A stretch of 64,000 nucleotides of DNA from Gemmatimonadota bacterium (GCA_040905325.1 JBBDRS010000038.1:68801-132800), one strand, 5' to 3'. Shown: positions 42,772-53,196, counted from the stretch's first letter. Translations and numbers: made by a program. Notes: generated by a model not told the origin, from the sequence alone.

Positions 42772-44108
42772 TACCGGACCGAACCGGGAAACCGGTTGTT
42801 CACCACGTTCGCGAAAGTCGATCCCCAGCGGTAGTTGAAACCGAGGGACGCCTGGTGCTGATAGGAGGAGGGGAGTGACCGGCGGCCGAGGAGGATGTCC
42901 TCATCGTCGATCCCGCCCAGCGGAGTGTGAATGTTGTCGTTCACGAACGCCGTCTCCGCCGACACGTTGACCTCGAGTCCGCGGGTGATCCGGTAGCTCA
43001 CGTCGCCGCTCAGGTTGAGTGAGTACAATGCAGTGTCGTGGAGGTACTGCGAGGTGCTGACACCGACTCCCGCATTCCCCCATTCCTCCTGGGCCCGGTA
43101 CTGGATTCCGACACGGTGCTGCGGAAGCATGTCGGTGGTGACGCCATAGAGCGTCTGTTCGTGATACGAGGAGTACTCCCCTCCGATCGCGTAGTGGGCA
43201 ATCATCTGCCGGCGGTTGGCCTGCTCGTAGGGGTAGTAGTTGTACTCCACCGCGGGGGCGATATTCAGGCGGAGTTCCTGATTGTTTTGCACCGAATTGT
43301 TGGCGGACACGTCGAATCCGACGGACACGTGCGGGGTCACGCTCCTGACGACGAGCGCGGATGCCCGGTAGAAGTTGATGTCGTTGTCCAGCCAACGGCC
43401 GTCGGAAAGCTGGCGACGATCGGTTCGGAGGTTGACGAACCCACTCACCTGAACCTTCCATTCTTCGGTAACCCGACCCGCGCTGAGACTCGGGTTGATC
43501 CTGGAACTGCGCTGCGTCTCTCGAAGATCCAGGTTTCCGGAGAGGCCGAAGCGGAAGGTCCAGTAATTCCAGGGGTCGTAGAGCGCCGACTCGGACCCGT
43601 TCGCAAGAGCGTCTTCCTCGCTTTCGGCACCGGCCGCCGGGCCGGTGAATCCGATTTCGAAGTCGCCTCCCATCCCGGACTGCACCGCGTAGCGGAGCAG
43701 CCCGATCCGGAGGGCATGGGTCAGGCCGTCCATGACCTCTGCCCTTACGTCCGTCCCCGCAGACGTGTAGGTCAGCGCGTCGGAGATCCCGGACGCTGGA
43801 CCTCGACCGATGAAATCGAACGTGTACTGCAAGCCATCGCCACCGACGCCGGTACTCGTAAGGATTACGTGCACATCCGAGTCCGCCCTATCGCGGACCC
43901 AGTTGACGAACTGGATTTCGGTGCGGAAGTGATCGTCGTCGCAGTTGCGCCGGGTCTGACAGTCCAGGAATACCCTCGGCACCTCACGAGCGGTGGCTCG
44001 GCTCTCGGAGTGAAGCTGAGCCCCGGCCGGGGAAGCCCCCAGCAGGAGGAGCGCACCCGCAAGGCCGAGGGCGGACGTGCTGGTCCCCTTCCATCGCGTC
44101 CTGTTCAT
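42768..44108 (-). CDS. predicted outer-membrane beta-barrel protein, paralog B
   Basis: Signal MNRTRWKGTSTSALGLAGALLLLGASPAGAQ, then RVFLDCQTRRNCDDDHFRTEIQFVNWVRDR...VHVILTS, DPWNYWTF, VEYNYYPYEQA, ITRGLEVNV and ANVVNNRF. This is collinear with 32872-34197. Confidence 0.6.
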   Translation of the reverse strand: MNRTRWKGTSTSALGLAGALLLLGASPAGAQLHSESRATAREVPRVFLDCQTRRNCDDDHFRTEIQFVNWVRDRADSDVHVILTSTGVGGDGLQYTFDFIGRGPASGISDALTYTSAGTDVRAEVMDGLTHALRIGLLRYAVQSGMGGDFEIGFTGPAAGAESEEDALANGSESALYDPWNYWTFRFGLSGNLDLRETQRSSRINPSLSAGRVTEEWKVQVSGFVNLRTDRRQLSDGRWLDNDINFYRASALVVRSVTPHVSVGFDVSANNSVQNNQELRLNIAPAVEYNYYPYEQANRRQMIAHYAIGGEYSSYHEQTLYGVTTDMLPQHRVGIQYRAQEEWGNAGVGVSTSQYLHDTALYSLNLSGDVSYRITRGLEVNVSAETAFVNDNIHTPLGGIDDEDILLGRRSLPSSYQHQASLGFNYRWGSTFANVVNNRFPGSVRY

Positions 44109-44415
44109 CGATGTTGCAATCCGGCTCGAGAATGTATAGTAAGCGCCCCGAGGGGCGGCACATATCGAGGTGCGTCGGGCGACCCTCGGCTCACAGTGTA
44201 CAGCCAACGTACATGCTATGTCAACTCTGCGTATACCGCAGCGCAGGCGATCTACCCGTACCCTCTGGCCACGAACGCAATGCCGCGCGGTGGGCGGGCG
44301 CTACGACGTCAAATGTTTCCTCGGCTAAGATACCCATGGCTCCCGCAAGGGACCAGTACCCCACCAGTACCCCATCTGAGATGCGGGGCGGCCGTTTCGT
44401 TAAGTTCGGCAGTGC

Positions 44416-47400
44416 TCATCGCCTTTCCCCTCCGGCCCCCACGGGCTCAGCCTCCACCGAGGTCGCACCACGCTCCCCCTCACCGTCCAACTCGCCCGCG
44501 GTCGCAATCACCGGCACCGCTTCTCGGCCGTCGCCCACGTACGTTCTCTGAACCCAGTCCGACGCGTCGTCCACCAGGGAGTACATGACCGGCACCACCA
44601 GCAGCGTCAGCACGGTGGCAAAGATGATTCCGACGATGACGGCGATGGCCATGGGGCCCCACCAGGCCGCCTGCTCCCCTCCCCAGTAGAGGTCGGGATC
44701 GAGCTGGGTGAAGAGGCCGGAAAAGTTGAAGTTGAGCCCGATGGCCAGAGGAACGAGTCCGAGAGCCGTCGTCACCGCGGTGAGAACCACCGGACGAAAC
44801 CGGGTCATCCCTCCCTGGACGAGGGCCTCGCGCCGATCCATCCCGTCTCGGTCCCGGAGGATGTCGATGTAGTCGATGAGGACGATGGCGTTGTTCACGA
44901 CGATCCCCGCCAGGGATATGATCCCGACCCCGGTCATGATGATGACGAAGGGCATCTGGAAGACAATGAGCCCCAGGAAGACCCCCACCGTCGACATGAT
45001 CACGGAGGTGAGGATGATCAGCGGCTTGACCACTGAGTTGAACTGGCTGATGAGGATGAACCCGATCAGCATGAGAGCGATGGCGAATGCCATGGTGAGG
45101 AACTCCTGCGCATCCGTCTGATCTTCCAGCTGACCGGTGTACCGAAGCTGGTATCCAGGCGGGACCCGCTCCGCCGCGAAGATCGCGAGCGTCTCCTGCA
45201 CCTCCATGATCACGGCATTCTGGTTGTAGCCGGCACGTACCTCCGAGGAAACCGTCGCCACCCGGTCCATGTCCTTTCGTCGGATGGAGCCGAGCCCCTC
45301 GCCCACCTCCCAGCTGGCCACCGAGAGGAGGGGCACCTGATCCCCGGTCTCCGTGACCACCACCATGTCTTCCAGGGACGAGAGCTGGTCCCGAAAGCGA
45401 GGTGCCAACCGCACGGTGATATCGAACTCGTCGTTCCCTGTCCGATAGCGCGCAGCCTCGACCCCCTGGATCGCGCCCCGAATCGTGCTACCGACATCCG
45501 TGGTGGAGAGACCGAACAAGGCCGCCCGCTCCCGGTCCACGTGGACGGAGAGCTCGGGGCGGGCGTCGTCGAGATCGCTTGCCATCCCCACCAGCCGGTT
45601 CGACACGGGGGCGCTCCGCAGGATGGACAGCACCTCGTCGGCCAACTCCTTCAAGACGGCGGGGTCGTCGCCCGCGATCTCGATATTCACCGGTGCCCCG
45701 GTGGGCGGCCCCATGCTCGGCATGTCCGCGCGTACCTCGATCCCCGCCAGCCGCTGCCCCACTTCCTCCTGGATCACCGCCAGCGTCCGAAATGAGTCCT
45801 GTCCCCGGACTTCGTAGTCGACCATGGAGAGCATTATGCGCGCCTGGTTCTCAGCAGTGGCCCCGCCGGTGAACATGTTCCCCTCCCCGGCACCCACAGT
45901 GGCTACGACGGATTCCACATCGTCGAAGCCGCGCACTCCGCGTAGTTCCTCTTCGAGCCCTCTTGTCACCTCGTCGGTGACGGAGGCCCGGCTCCCCACC
46001 GGTGCCTCGACGTCGACCCAGAGCTGTGCGGGCGGCACGCCTTCGGGGAAGAACTCCACCCCGTGGTTCAGAGGGATGAATACAGCGAAGGTGCCCACGA
46101 ACACGACCGCGCAGAGTCCCAGGATCACGGCCCGATGGTCCAGCGCCCAGCGGAGGCTCCCTTCGTAGCTGCGGACCACGCGAGGCATCCCCTTCTTCTG
46201 GAAGCGCCTGCCCACCCGGTCCAGGACGAACCGGTGCACCAGGTAGAGGAAAACCCCCGTAAGGGTGAGCGACACCGCGGCCACCAAGTTCGCCAGTGCC
46301 ACGACGAGGAAGAGGGCCACGGCCCCCCCCACGAGCGTGCGGCGCGCAGCGCGAGTCATGGAACTACGCGGTCCCCCCTCCACCCGCATGAAGAGGGCGC
46401 AGAGTACCGGGAGGATGACGAGCGCCACGAAGAGCGAGCTCGAGAGGGTGATGATGAGGGTGAGAGGGAGGAACCGCATGAACTCGCCCACCACGTCCGG
46501 CCAGAACATGAGGGGAAGGAAGGCACCGAGAGTAGTAGCCGTGGCCGCGATGACCGGCATCGCAACTTCACCAGTGGCCTTCCGGGCCGCCATGGTGGAG
46601 CTCCAACCCTCCTCCATGTACCGGTAGATGTTCTCTACCACCACGATGGCGTTGTCCACCAGCATCCCCAGCGCCAGGATGAGGCTGAAGAGGACGACCA
46701 TGTTCATCGTGATCCCCATGGCCGAGAGGACCACGAAGGAGAGGAGCATCGAGGTGGGGATGGCGAGCGCGACGAAGACCGAGGTGCGGACTCCGAGGAA
46801 GAAGAGGAGCACGGCGATGATGAGGAGGAGCCCGGAGATGATGTTGTTTTCCAGCGAACTCACCATCATGTGGATGTCGCGTGACTGATCAGAGGTGACG
46901 GAGATCGCGGTTGTGGGGGGGAGGCCGGGCTCTGCCTCCGCCAGGATCGCTTTCACCCGCTCTGCCGCCTCGATGATGTTCTCTCCTGCACGCTTCACCA
47001 CGTCGAGGGTCACGACGGGCGCCCCGTTCAGTCGCGCGAAGGAGGTGCGGTCCGCAAACCCGAACTCCACGCTGGCAATGTCCCGGACGTAGACGGCGCG
47101 TCCGTCGAAAGTGCCCACCACCAACTCTTCGATGATGGAGGGATCCACGAACTCCCCGTCCACTCGAACCAGGTAGTTGACGGAGCCCACCTCGATGGAT
47201 CCGCCGGGGATGTTCACGTTCTCGTTGCGGATCGCGTCCACGACGTCGTTCAGAGCGAGGCCATAGTACTTGAGCCGGGAGAGATCCACGTCGACCTGTA
47301 CCTCGCGGTCGAGCCCTCCCCTCAGGTCTACCCGCAGGATCCCCGGTACCTGCTCCATACGGTCCTGGAGGTCCTCAGCAATCTCCTTCAGGCGAACCAG

Positions 47401-47982
47401 GCCATACTCCCCGGCCAGGTTCACCTGCATGATGGGCGCCTCGGAGACGTCGATCTCGACGATCGAGGGATCTTCGGCGTCCGAAGGGAGCTCCGGGCGC
47501 GCCAGGTCCACCTTCTCCCTCACCTGCTGCAGGGCGTCATTCATGTCCACCGACGTAGCGAACTCCACGGTGATGGACGAATAGCCCTCGACGGAGGTGG
47601 AAAGCATCTCCTGAACGTCCGAGATGGTGTTGAGCTCGTCCTCCAGTGGCCGGGTCACCAGCGTCTCGATGTCGGCCGGCGACACCCCGGGGTAGATGGT
47701 GTTGACCACCAACATGGGGATGGCGACCTGGGGCGCGCTCTCCTTCGGGATGTTCACGTACGCCACGAACCCGGCGATGGCAATGAGGACAAAAAGCATT
47801 ACCACGCTGGTGAGGTGCCGCAGCGCAAAGCTCGTGAGCCTGAACTCCTTGAAACGCGCCAGGAAGTCGGGATCGTCCTCGGGAATGCGCCCCGGGGTCC
47901 CGGGAAGATCCAGGGAAGAAGGCGTCCCCCGGGGGTGCGAACGTTCTTCCGTCGGGCGCTCCTTTCCGGACTCCTCAGTCAT
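44416..47982 (-). CDS. RND efflux transporter permease (AcrB/HAE1-type)
   Basis: ~1188 aa. 12-TM architecture with two large periplasmic loops and typical segments (PQVAIPMLVVNTIYPGVSPADIE..., ...ALGMLVDNAIVVVENI..., ...IVVNNAIVLIDY...). Confidence 0.9.
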   Translation of the reverse strand: MTEESGKERPTEERSHPRGTPSSLDLPGTPGRIPEDDPDFLARFKEFRLTSFALRHLTSVVMLFVLIAIAGFVAYVNIPKESAPQVAIPMLVVNTIYPGVSPADIETLVTRPLEDELNTISDVQEMLSTSVEGYSSITVEFATSVDMNDALQQVREKVDLARPELPSDAEDPSIVEIDVSEAPIMQVNLAGEYGLVRLKEIAEDLQDRMEQVPGILRVDLRGGLDREVQVDVDLSRLKYYGLALNDVVDAIRNENVNIPGGSIEVGSVNYLVRVDGEFVDPSIIEELVVGTFDGRAVYVRDIASVEFGFADRTSFARLNGAPVVTLDVVKRAGENIIEAAERVKAILAEAEPGLPPTTAISVTSDQSRDIHMMVSSLENNIISGLLLIIAVLLFFLGVRTSVFVALAIPTSMLLSFVVLSAMGITMNMVVLFSLILALGMLVDNAIVVVENIYRYMEEGWSSTMAARKATGEVAMPVIAATATTLGAFLPLMFWPDVVGEFMRFLPLTLIITLSSSLFVALVILPVLCALFMRVEGGPRSSMTRAARRTLVGGAVALFLVVALANLVAAVSLTLTGVFLYLVHRFVLDRVGRRFQKKGMPRVVRSYEGSLRWALDHRAVILGLCAVVFVGTFAVFIPLNHGVEFFPEGVPPAQLWVDVEAPVGSRASVTDEVTRGLEEELRGVRGFDDVESVVATVGAGEGNMFTGGATAENQARIMLSMVDYEVRGQDSFRTLAVIQEEVGQRLAGIEVRADMPSMGPPTGAPVNIEIAGDDPAVLKELADEVLSILRSAPVSNRLVGMASDLDDARPELSVHVDRERAALFGLSTTDVGSTIRGAIQGVEAARYRTGNDEFDITVRLAPRFRDQLSSLEDMVVVTETGDQVPLLSVASWEVGEGLGSIRRKDMDRVATVSSEVRAGYNQNAVIMEVQETLAIFAAERVPPGYQLRYTGQLEDQTDAQEFLTMAFAIALMLIGFILISQFNSVVKPLIILTSVIMSTVGVFLGLIVFQMPFVIIMTGVGIISLAGIVVNNAIVLIDYIDILRDRDGMDRREALVQGGMTRFRPVVLTAVTTALGLVPLAIGLNFNFSGLFTQLDPDLYWGGEQAAWWGPMAIAVIVGIIFATVLTLLVVPVMYSLVDDASDWVQRTYVGDGREAVPVIATAGELDGEGERGATSVEAEPVGAGGERR

Positions 47983-49192
47983 CCGGCTGCTCCCGTGTTC
48001 CTACGACCTGGATCCGATCCCCGTTCGCCACCTGGCTCTGCCCGGCCACGATCAGACGATCTCCAGCGGCAAGGCCATTTTCCACCACGACCCGGTTCGC
48101 CTGCGATCCGGAGAGGGATAGCCGGCGCACCTCAGCGAACTCACTCCCGTCGCGCTCGACGGCGACAAAGGCCACGAACCCCTCCTCGACCCGCACCACG
48201 GCCTCCTGGGGGATGACCACCACCTCGTTCCGCACGTTCCGGATGATCTCGAGGTTCGCGACCATCTCCGGCTTGATGACATTGTTCCGGTTGGGAACCC
48301 GCAACTCCACCGGAAAGGTGCGGTTGGCAGGATTGACCGTGGCACCGACGAAGGTGAGTGGGCCCTCAAACTCCTGGTCCGGGAGAACGTCGAAGGTGAC
48401 TCGGGCGCTGGAACCGGTACGAATCTCAGCGGCGAACCTCTCGGGAACACCTCCGGTGACCTTCACGGGATCCACCTGAACCACGCGGGCGACGGGGGTT
48501 CCGGGGGACACCATCGTCCCCTCCTCCACCAAACGCTCCTCCACGATCCCGGCGATGGGAGCCCGGACCACTGTGCGGTCGAGCCTCTCCTGAAGGGCAT
48601 CCAGAGCGGCCCCGGACTGCTCCGCCTGCGACCGGGCCTCGAGGTAGGCGAGCTCGGATCCGACGCTGTCGTCTTCGTAGAGCCGGCGTCGGCGCTCCCA
48701 GGTCTCTCGCGCCAGATCCGCACGGGCCCTGGCCTCTCGCACCTGGGCTTGAAGGGTGCCGTCATCGATCCGCGCGAGGACGTCCCCCGCCTGGACCGAC
48801 GAGCCCTGTGCCACGGGCAAGTCGCGTATGACGCCTCCCTCCTCGGCCGCCACGAGTACATCGCGTTCCGCTTGCACGGTGCCGGAGATCCGAGCGGTCT
48901 CTGTGAAGGAACTGGTACGGAGCTCCTGCACTTCGACATTGATTACGCGCTCGTAGGCCCCCTCGGCCTGTCCATCGGCCTCCCCGTCCGCCTGCGCGTC
49001 GGTCCCGCACGCGACCACGAGCACGAAGGGCATGGGCAGCAGGGCTCGAATCACTCCACCCCACCCCCTCGGCATCCGACTTTTCCCTGACATTCGCAAC
49101 ATCCTCTGGTCATCCTTTTGGTTCGGGACGGGATCTTCCGCGCGATGCTCCATCCGGGGTCCGTCAGCGTCCGGGAAGCGGAACCTCCCCAA
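47975..49192 (-). CDS. RND efflux periplasmic adaptor (MFP/HlyD family)
   Basis: Lipobox-like VLVVACG, a lipoyl-like segment (VQAGDVLARIDDGTLQAQV), a coiled-coil hairpin and beta-barrel segments. The start is probably internal (ATG 49153 or 49102), given the TolC stop at 49164. Confidence 0.85.
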   Translation of the reverse strand: MGRFRFPDADGPRMEHRAEDPVPNQKDDQRMLRMSGKSRMPRGWGGVIRALLPMPFVLVVACGTDAQADGEADGQAEGAYERVINVEVQELRTSSFTETARISGTVQAERDVLVAAEEGGVIRDLPVAQGSSVQAGDVLARIDDGTLQAQVREARARADLARETWERRRRLYEDDSVGSELAYLEARSQAEQSGAALDALQERLDRTVVRAPIAGIVEERLVEEGTMVSPGTPVARVVQVDPVKVTGGVPERFAAEIRTGSSARVTFDVLPDQEFEGPLTFVGATVNPANRTFPVELRVPNRNNVIKPEMVANLEIIRNVRNEVVVIPQEAVVRVEEGFVAFVAVERDGSEFAEVRRLSLSGSQANRVVVENGLAAGDRLIVAGQSQVANGDRIQVVGTREQPDD

Positions 49193-50651
49193 CCAGCTCG
49201 TCCAACTCGGCCCTCGCCTGGAGATAGTCGTAGACCGCCTCCGCGTAGTTGAATTCGCTCTGGCGGAGCGCCACCTCTGCGTCGGTGAGCTCGAGATGGC
49301 CGCTCAGCCCCTCGCGGTACTGCGCGGAGACGATCTCGAATCCCCGCGTGGCCTGTTGGACGGCGAGCCGCTGCCCACGGCTGCGCAGTCGGGCCTCCTC
49401 GATCCGGTTGAGGACGTTTCGCAACTCGTCTCGGATCAGGTCGTGGGCGGTCTCGACCTGAAGGTCCGCAATGCGCAGAGCCGAACGGCCCTGGTCGATG
49501 CGCGCCAGCCGCTGACGCCCCGAGAAGATGGGGACGGTGACCTGCACACCGATCAGGCGCCCGTATCCGCGCTGCCCACCGAAGAAAGCAGGTCCGCCGT
49601 CCTGCTGGGCCTGGATCTGGTAGTTACCGAAGAGCGACACGGTCGGAAGCAGCTCCGCCTGGCTGGCGCGCAGTTCGGCGTGGCGCAGCTCCCGGTTCAA
49701 CCCCGCCTGCTGCATGGAGGAACTGTTGACGCGGGCTCGCTCGAGGAGTTCCGTGAGGGCGGCGGGATCGGCGTCGTCCGCGAGATCCACCCTGTTCATC
49801 TCCAGGAGCGCCTGATTCTCGGGCGAGTTCGCCCCAGGCTGGTCCAGATGGAGTTCCGCGAGGTGACCCACCACCCGCAGCCGGGTGCCCTCGGGCAGAT
49901 CAAGGCTGGACACGAGGTCGCGTTCGGTGCGGAGCGCCTCGTTGGCGGCCCGCCGAAGCTGAGGTTCCAGGTTCGCGAGCTCCACCTCCAGTCGCAGCAC
50001 GTCGTAGGCCGAGACGAGGCCTGCGCGCTCCAGGGCCCGGGTCTCCTCGAGCGATTCCACGACCCTCCGGACGGACCGATCGATGAGGCGAGCCTGTTCC
50101 TCGGCCAGGAGGAGCTCGTAGTAGCTGACCCGGACCTCGGTGATCACCTGGTGGATCCGGCCTCGTAGCTCCTCGTCCTGGAGCGCCTCGAAACGACTCG
50201 CGGCCCCGACCCCGACGAAGGCCCTGGCCTCAAAAAGGGGCTGCTCGAAGGAGAGGTTCGAACTCCAGGCGTTGTCGCGCCCGAAGGCGACCGGGACGAG
50301 GTCGTCGGGATCGCGGTCGGGGTCGAAGAAGACGGCGGGAAGGAAGGTGACCGGCGGCGAGATGTTCCGGGTCCACGACGCATTCAGGTCGATGCGGGGG
50401 AAAACCTCGCCCCAGGCCTCCGAAACCTGTCCTGCCGCCTGCTCCACCTGGAGGCGTGCCTCGCGCACGTCCCGGTTCCGCTCGAGAGCCGTGGCGATGG
50501 CCTCGTCCAGGGGCAGGACCACGGGATCGATCCCCTCCAACCCCAGGAGCTGCTCGAGGCTCGTGATCTCCTGGGTGGCAAGGGGAGACACGCCTGCCAA
50601 GAGGCCCATGAGCACCAGCGCCGCGGTCCGCCTGACCTGCCGAAGGTTCAT
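49164..50651 (-). CDS. TolC-family outer-membrane efflux channel
   Basis: Signal MNLRQVRRTAALVLMGLLAGVSPLATQ and two OEP-type repeats (...LEQLLGLEG...ALERNRDVREARLQVEQA...). ATG 50651 overlaps the TetR stop. Confidence 0.85.
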   Translation of the reverse strand: MNLRQVRRTAALVLMGLLAGVSPLATQEITSLEQLLGLEGIDPVVLPLDEAIATALERNRDVREARLQVEQAAGQVSEAWGEVFPRIDLNASWTRNISPPVTFLPAVFFDPDRDPDDLVPVAFGRDNAWSSNLSFEQPLFEARAFVGVGAASRFEALQDEELRGRIHQVITEVRVSYYELLLAEEQARLIDRSVRRVVESLEETRALERAGLVSAYDVLRLEVELANLEPQLRRAANEALRTERDLVSSLDLPEGTRLRVVGHLAELHLDQPGANSPENQALLEMNRVDLADDADPAALTELLERARVNSSSMQQAGLNRELRHAELRASQAELLPTVSLFGNYQIQAQQDGGPAFFGGQRGYGRLIGVQVTVPIFSGRQRLARIDQGRSALRIADLQVETAHDLIRDELRNVLNRIEEARLRSRGQRLAVQQATRGFEIVSAQYREGLSGHLELTDAEVALRQSEFNYAEAVYDYLQARAELDELVGEVPLPGR

Positions 50652-51289
50652 GCCTGCACCTCCTCGTCGGACGCCGCCGACCTCCGGGCATCGATTCTCT
50701 CCACCAGAAGGTCGCCACCGAGGCCGCAGAGAACGCGCTCGAACGAGTCGTGGTACAGGGTGCGAAATACCTCCTCTGAGACGCTCAGGAGACCCAACAG
50801 GTATAGGGAGATGAGCCCGAAGGCGTGCGACCAGAGGGTCAGACCGATGGCTTCGGGGGCGTCCCGTCGCAGGACCCCGGCTTCCACACACTCCCGAACC
50901 CTGTCGTCCCAGAACCGCTGGACGGCACAACTCCGCTCGGCGAGTTCCTCGGGCATCTCGTCCAGCCCCATGAACTCGGCGAAGGTGGACATCACCTGGA
51001 AGTAACGCGGGTGGTCCAACGCGAAATCCAGGTACGCCGTCCCGGCGCGCTGGAAACGGTCGTGGGGGGTGGCTCCCTCCAACGAGGTGTGCAGGTATTG
51101 TCCGAGCACGTTGTGGGCCTCCCCAACCACATCCATGAGGAGGTGCTCCTTGCTCTCGTAATGCCGATAGAGCGCGGGCGCGGTGACGCCCACGGAGCGG
51201 GCCACCTTTCGCATGGAGAACCCCTCGAAGCCGTCTTCGAGGTAGAGTTCGCAGGCGCAGTCGAGGATGCGGGCGCGGGATTCAGACAT
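50648..51289 (-). CDS. TetR/AcrR-family transcriptional regulator
   Basis: HTH FSMRKVARSVGVTAPALYRHYESKEHLL. First gene of the efflux operon. ATG at 51289. Confidence 0.85.
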   Translation of the reverse strand: MSESRARILDCACELYLEDGFEGFSMRKVARSVGVTAPALYRHYESKEHLLMDVVGEAHNVLGQYLHTSLEGATPHDRFQRAGTAYLDFALDHPRYFQVMSTFAEFMGLDEMPEELAERSCAVQRFWDDRVRECVEAGVLRRDAPEAIGLTLWSHAFGLISLYLLGLLSVSEEVFRTLYHDSFERVLCGLGGDLLVERIDARRSAASDEEVQA

Positions 51290-51421
51290 GGTGAACAGCG
51301 TAAACAAGCTCGGTGGGGCCGTCAAGTCCCGAGTTGTCGTACCGTACGTTTGATCCGGAACACCGTTCACAACGGCCTACGTCAGCGGGACGGCCCGGGA
51401 CGCGACCGGCGCCCGCTGATC

Positions 51422-51964
51422 CTACCCTTTCCCGGGGACCATCAGTCGCGCGTGCCAGGAGTTTCGGGCGGGCCGTTCCCACCGTCCCTCCCGGAGCTCT
51501 CCCACCCGGGTCAGGGCAAGGTCGAATACGATGGTCTCCGGCCCCACGACCCCTTCCCGGGCCGCCGTCTTGAACTCGGCTCGGCTGACCCGGCGAACCC
51601 CACCATCCCCGCCTCCCTGTCGGAACCAGACGGGGCCCCCACCGACCATCTCCATCCCGAGATCCTGCTCCAGTTCGCGAAGGCCGCGCACCAGGGCATC
51701 GATGGAGCACCCCGAAGGCGGGGTGATACGATCGTCGGTGGCCACGAGCAGGAACCGCCCCTCCCGCCAATCACGGGATGCGGCCAGCGGGTGGCCGTGG
51801 GCCTTCCACCCCGCCAGGAAACGGTCTACCGCGTCCAGGAGGCGTCCCTCTTCATCCGGTTCCAGCTCACGGCTCACTCCGAAACACCAGAGTCGGGCCG
51901 TGTCGGGGAGGGCGGCGAAAGGGTCCTGCGGACGAGGGGTCGAATCGGTAGCCTGGGTAGTCAT
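51422..51964 (-). CDS. conserved hypothetical protein (180 aa)
   Basis: MTTQATDS...RLWCFGVSRELEPDEEGRLLDAVDRFLAGWKAHGHPLAASRDWREGRFLLVATDD...SGCSIDALVRGLRELE. Third-position GC bias is strong. It resembles a family often mis-labelled as ABC transporter ATPase. The long track ORF 51422-53203 is a shadow beyond 51964. Confidence 0.55.
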   Translation of the reverse strand: MTTQATDSTPRPQDPFAALPDTARLWCFGVSRELEPDEEGRLLDAVDRFLAGWKAHGHPLAASRDWREGRFLLVATDDRITPPSGCSIDALVRGLRELEQDLGMEMVGGGPVWFRQGGGDGGVRRVSRAEFKTAAREGVVGPETIVFDLALTRVGELREGRWERPARNSWHARLMVPGKG

Positions 51965-52020
51965 ACCCTGAAGCTCATCGGGGTCCCGGGGGGCGTCAAC
52001 CGCCCACCCTTCCGGCCGGG

Positions 52021-53196
52021 TCAGACCGCGTCGTCGGGCTCCACCGGCACCGGGCCGGGAACCCTCGACGCAATGGCAGCCGGCTCCCGGGGCACCTCCT
52101 TGTCCAGCAGTATCGCGATCCAGCGGAGGTCTTCCGTGTTCGCAAGCATGATCTTCATGACCATGGTGAGGGGAACTGCGAGGAGGGCTCCCACCGGTCC
52201 CCACACCCATGCCCAGAAGATGAGGGAAAGGATCACCACGAGAGTCGAGAGCCCGAGTCGGCGCCCCAGCAGGTGCGGCTCGAGGAGGTTCCCGAAGATG
52301 ATGTTGATCACAAGGTAGCCCGCGGCGACCGCCAGGATCGGGCCGATCCCACCCATCTGGATCATGGCGAGGAGCACGGCGGGAATCGCCGCCAGAATCG
52401 AGCCGATGGTGGGCACGTAGTTGAGCGCGAAGCCGATGAGCCCGAGGAGAATCGGAAAATCGAGGCCCATCACCCAGGCCCACACCCCGATGCATAGCCC
52501 CGTCCCCAGGCTCACCGCGGTCTTGATGACCAGGTAGTCGAGGACCTCTCCCGTGATCTTGGTGAACCGCCCCAGGTCCTCCTCTCCGGCGCCCAGGACC
52601 GCTCGGAACTTGGCCGGAAAGATCGAGGCTTCCGCGAGAATGAAGACCATGATGAGGACCACGATGAATACCGCGGAGAGGAAGGTCGCACCCCAGGTCA
52701 CGAGCGTCCGCACCTGGTCTATGATGGCGGCAGCGCTGATGATCTCCTGGAGCTGCCCCGTCAGATATTGGGAGGCCGGAATGCCGCGCTCCTGGAGCGC
52801 GTCGATCCAGGACTGATAGATGGCGTTGAAGCGCGACGCGTACCCGGGCAGACGGTCCTGCAGGTCGGCGAGCGATTGCGTAGCCAGGAGGACGACGACG
52901 CCGAGGATGGCCAGGTCCAGGAGAACGGCGAGCGCGATGGCGAAGGGGGTGGGCAACCCCTTCTCCCTCAGCCAGAGCATTACGGGGAGGGAGAGAATGG
53001 CCAGGAAGAAAGCGAGGAAGAACGGAACCAGGATGGGAGCGCCCGCGCGGAGCCCCGCGACGACGATGACCGCCGCAGCCATCAAGACGAGGAAACGACC
53101 CCCGGGCCCCACCTCGGCGTTGATCCCTTTCACTTGATTTCCCTTCCCCGAATTTGCGAATCCGGAACTGCCGGCATTTCTCGGTGTGCAGAACAC
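52021..53196 (-). CDS. AI-2E family (PerM/YhhT-like) transporter
   Basis: Multi-TM protein with [17 protein letters not shown]..., ...[16 protein letters not shown]... and ...[19 protein letters not shown]..., the typical AI-2E C-terminal motif. The start is uncertain. Confidence 0.8.
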   Translation of the reverse strand: MFCTPRNAGSSGFANSGKGNQVKGINAEVGPGGRFLVLMAAAVIVVAGLRAGAPILVPFFLAFFLAILSLPVMLWLREKGLPTPFAIALAVLLDLAILGVVVLLATQSLADLQDRLPGYASRFNAIYQSWIDALQERGIPASQYLTGQLQEIISAAAIIDQVRTLVTWGATFLSAVFIVVLIMVFILAEASIFPAKFRAVLGAGEEDLGRFTKITGEVLDYLVIKTAVSLGTGLCIGVWAWVMGLDFPILLGLIGFALNYVPTIGSILAAIPAVLLAMIQMGGIGPILAVAAGYLVINIIFGNLLEPHLLGRRLGLSTLVVILSLIFWAWVWGPVGALLAVPLTMVMKIMLANTEDLRWIAILLDKEVPREPAAIASRVPGPVPVEPDDAV

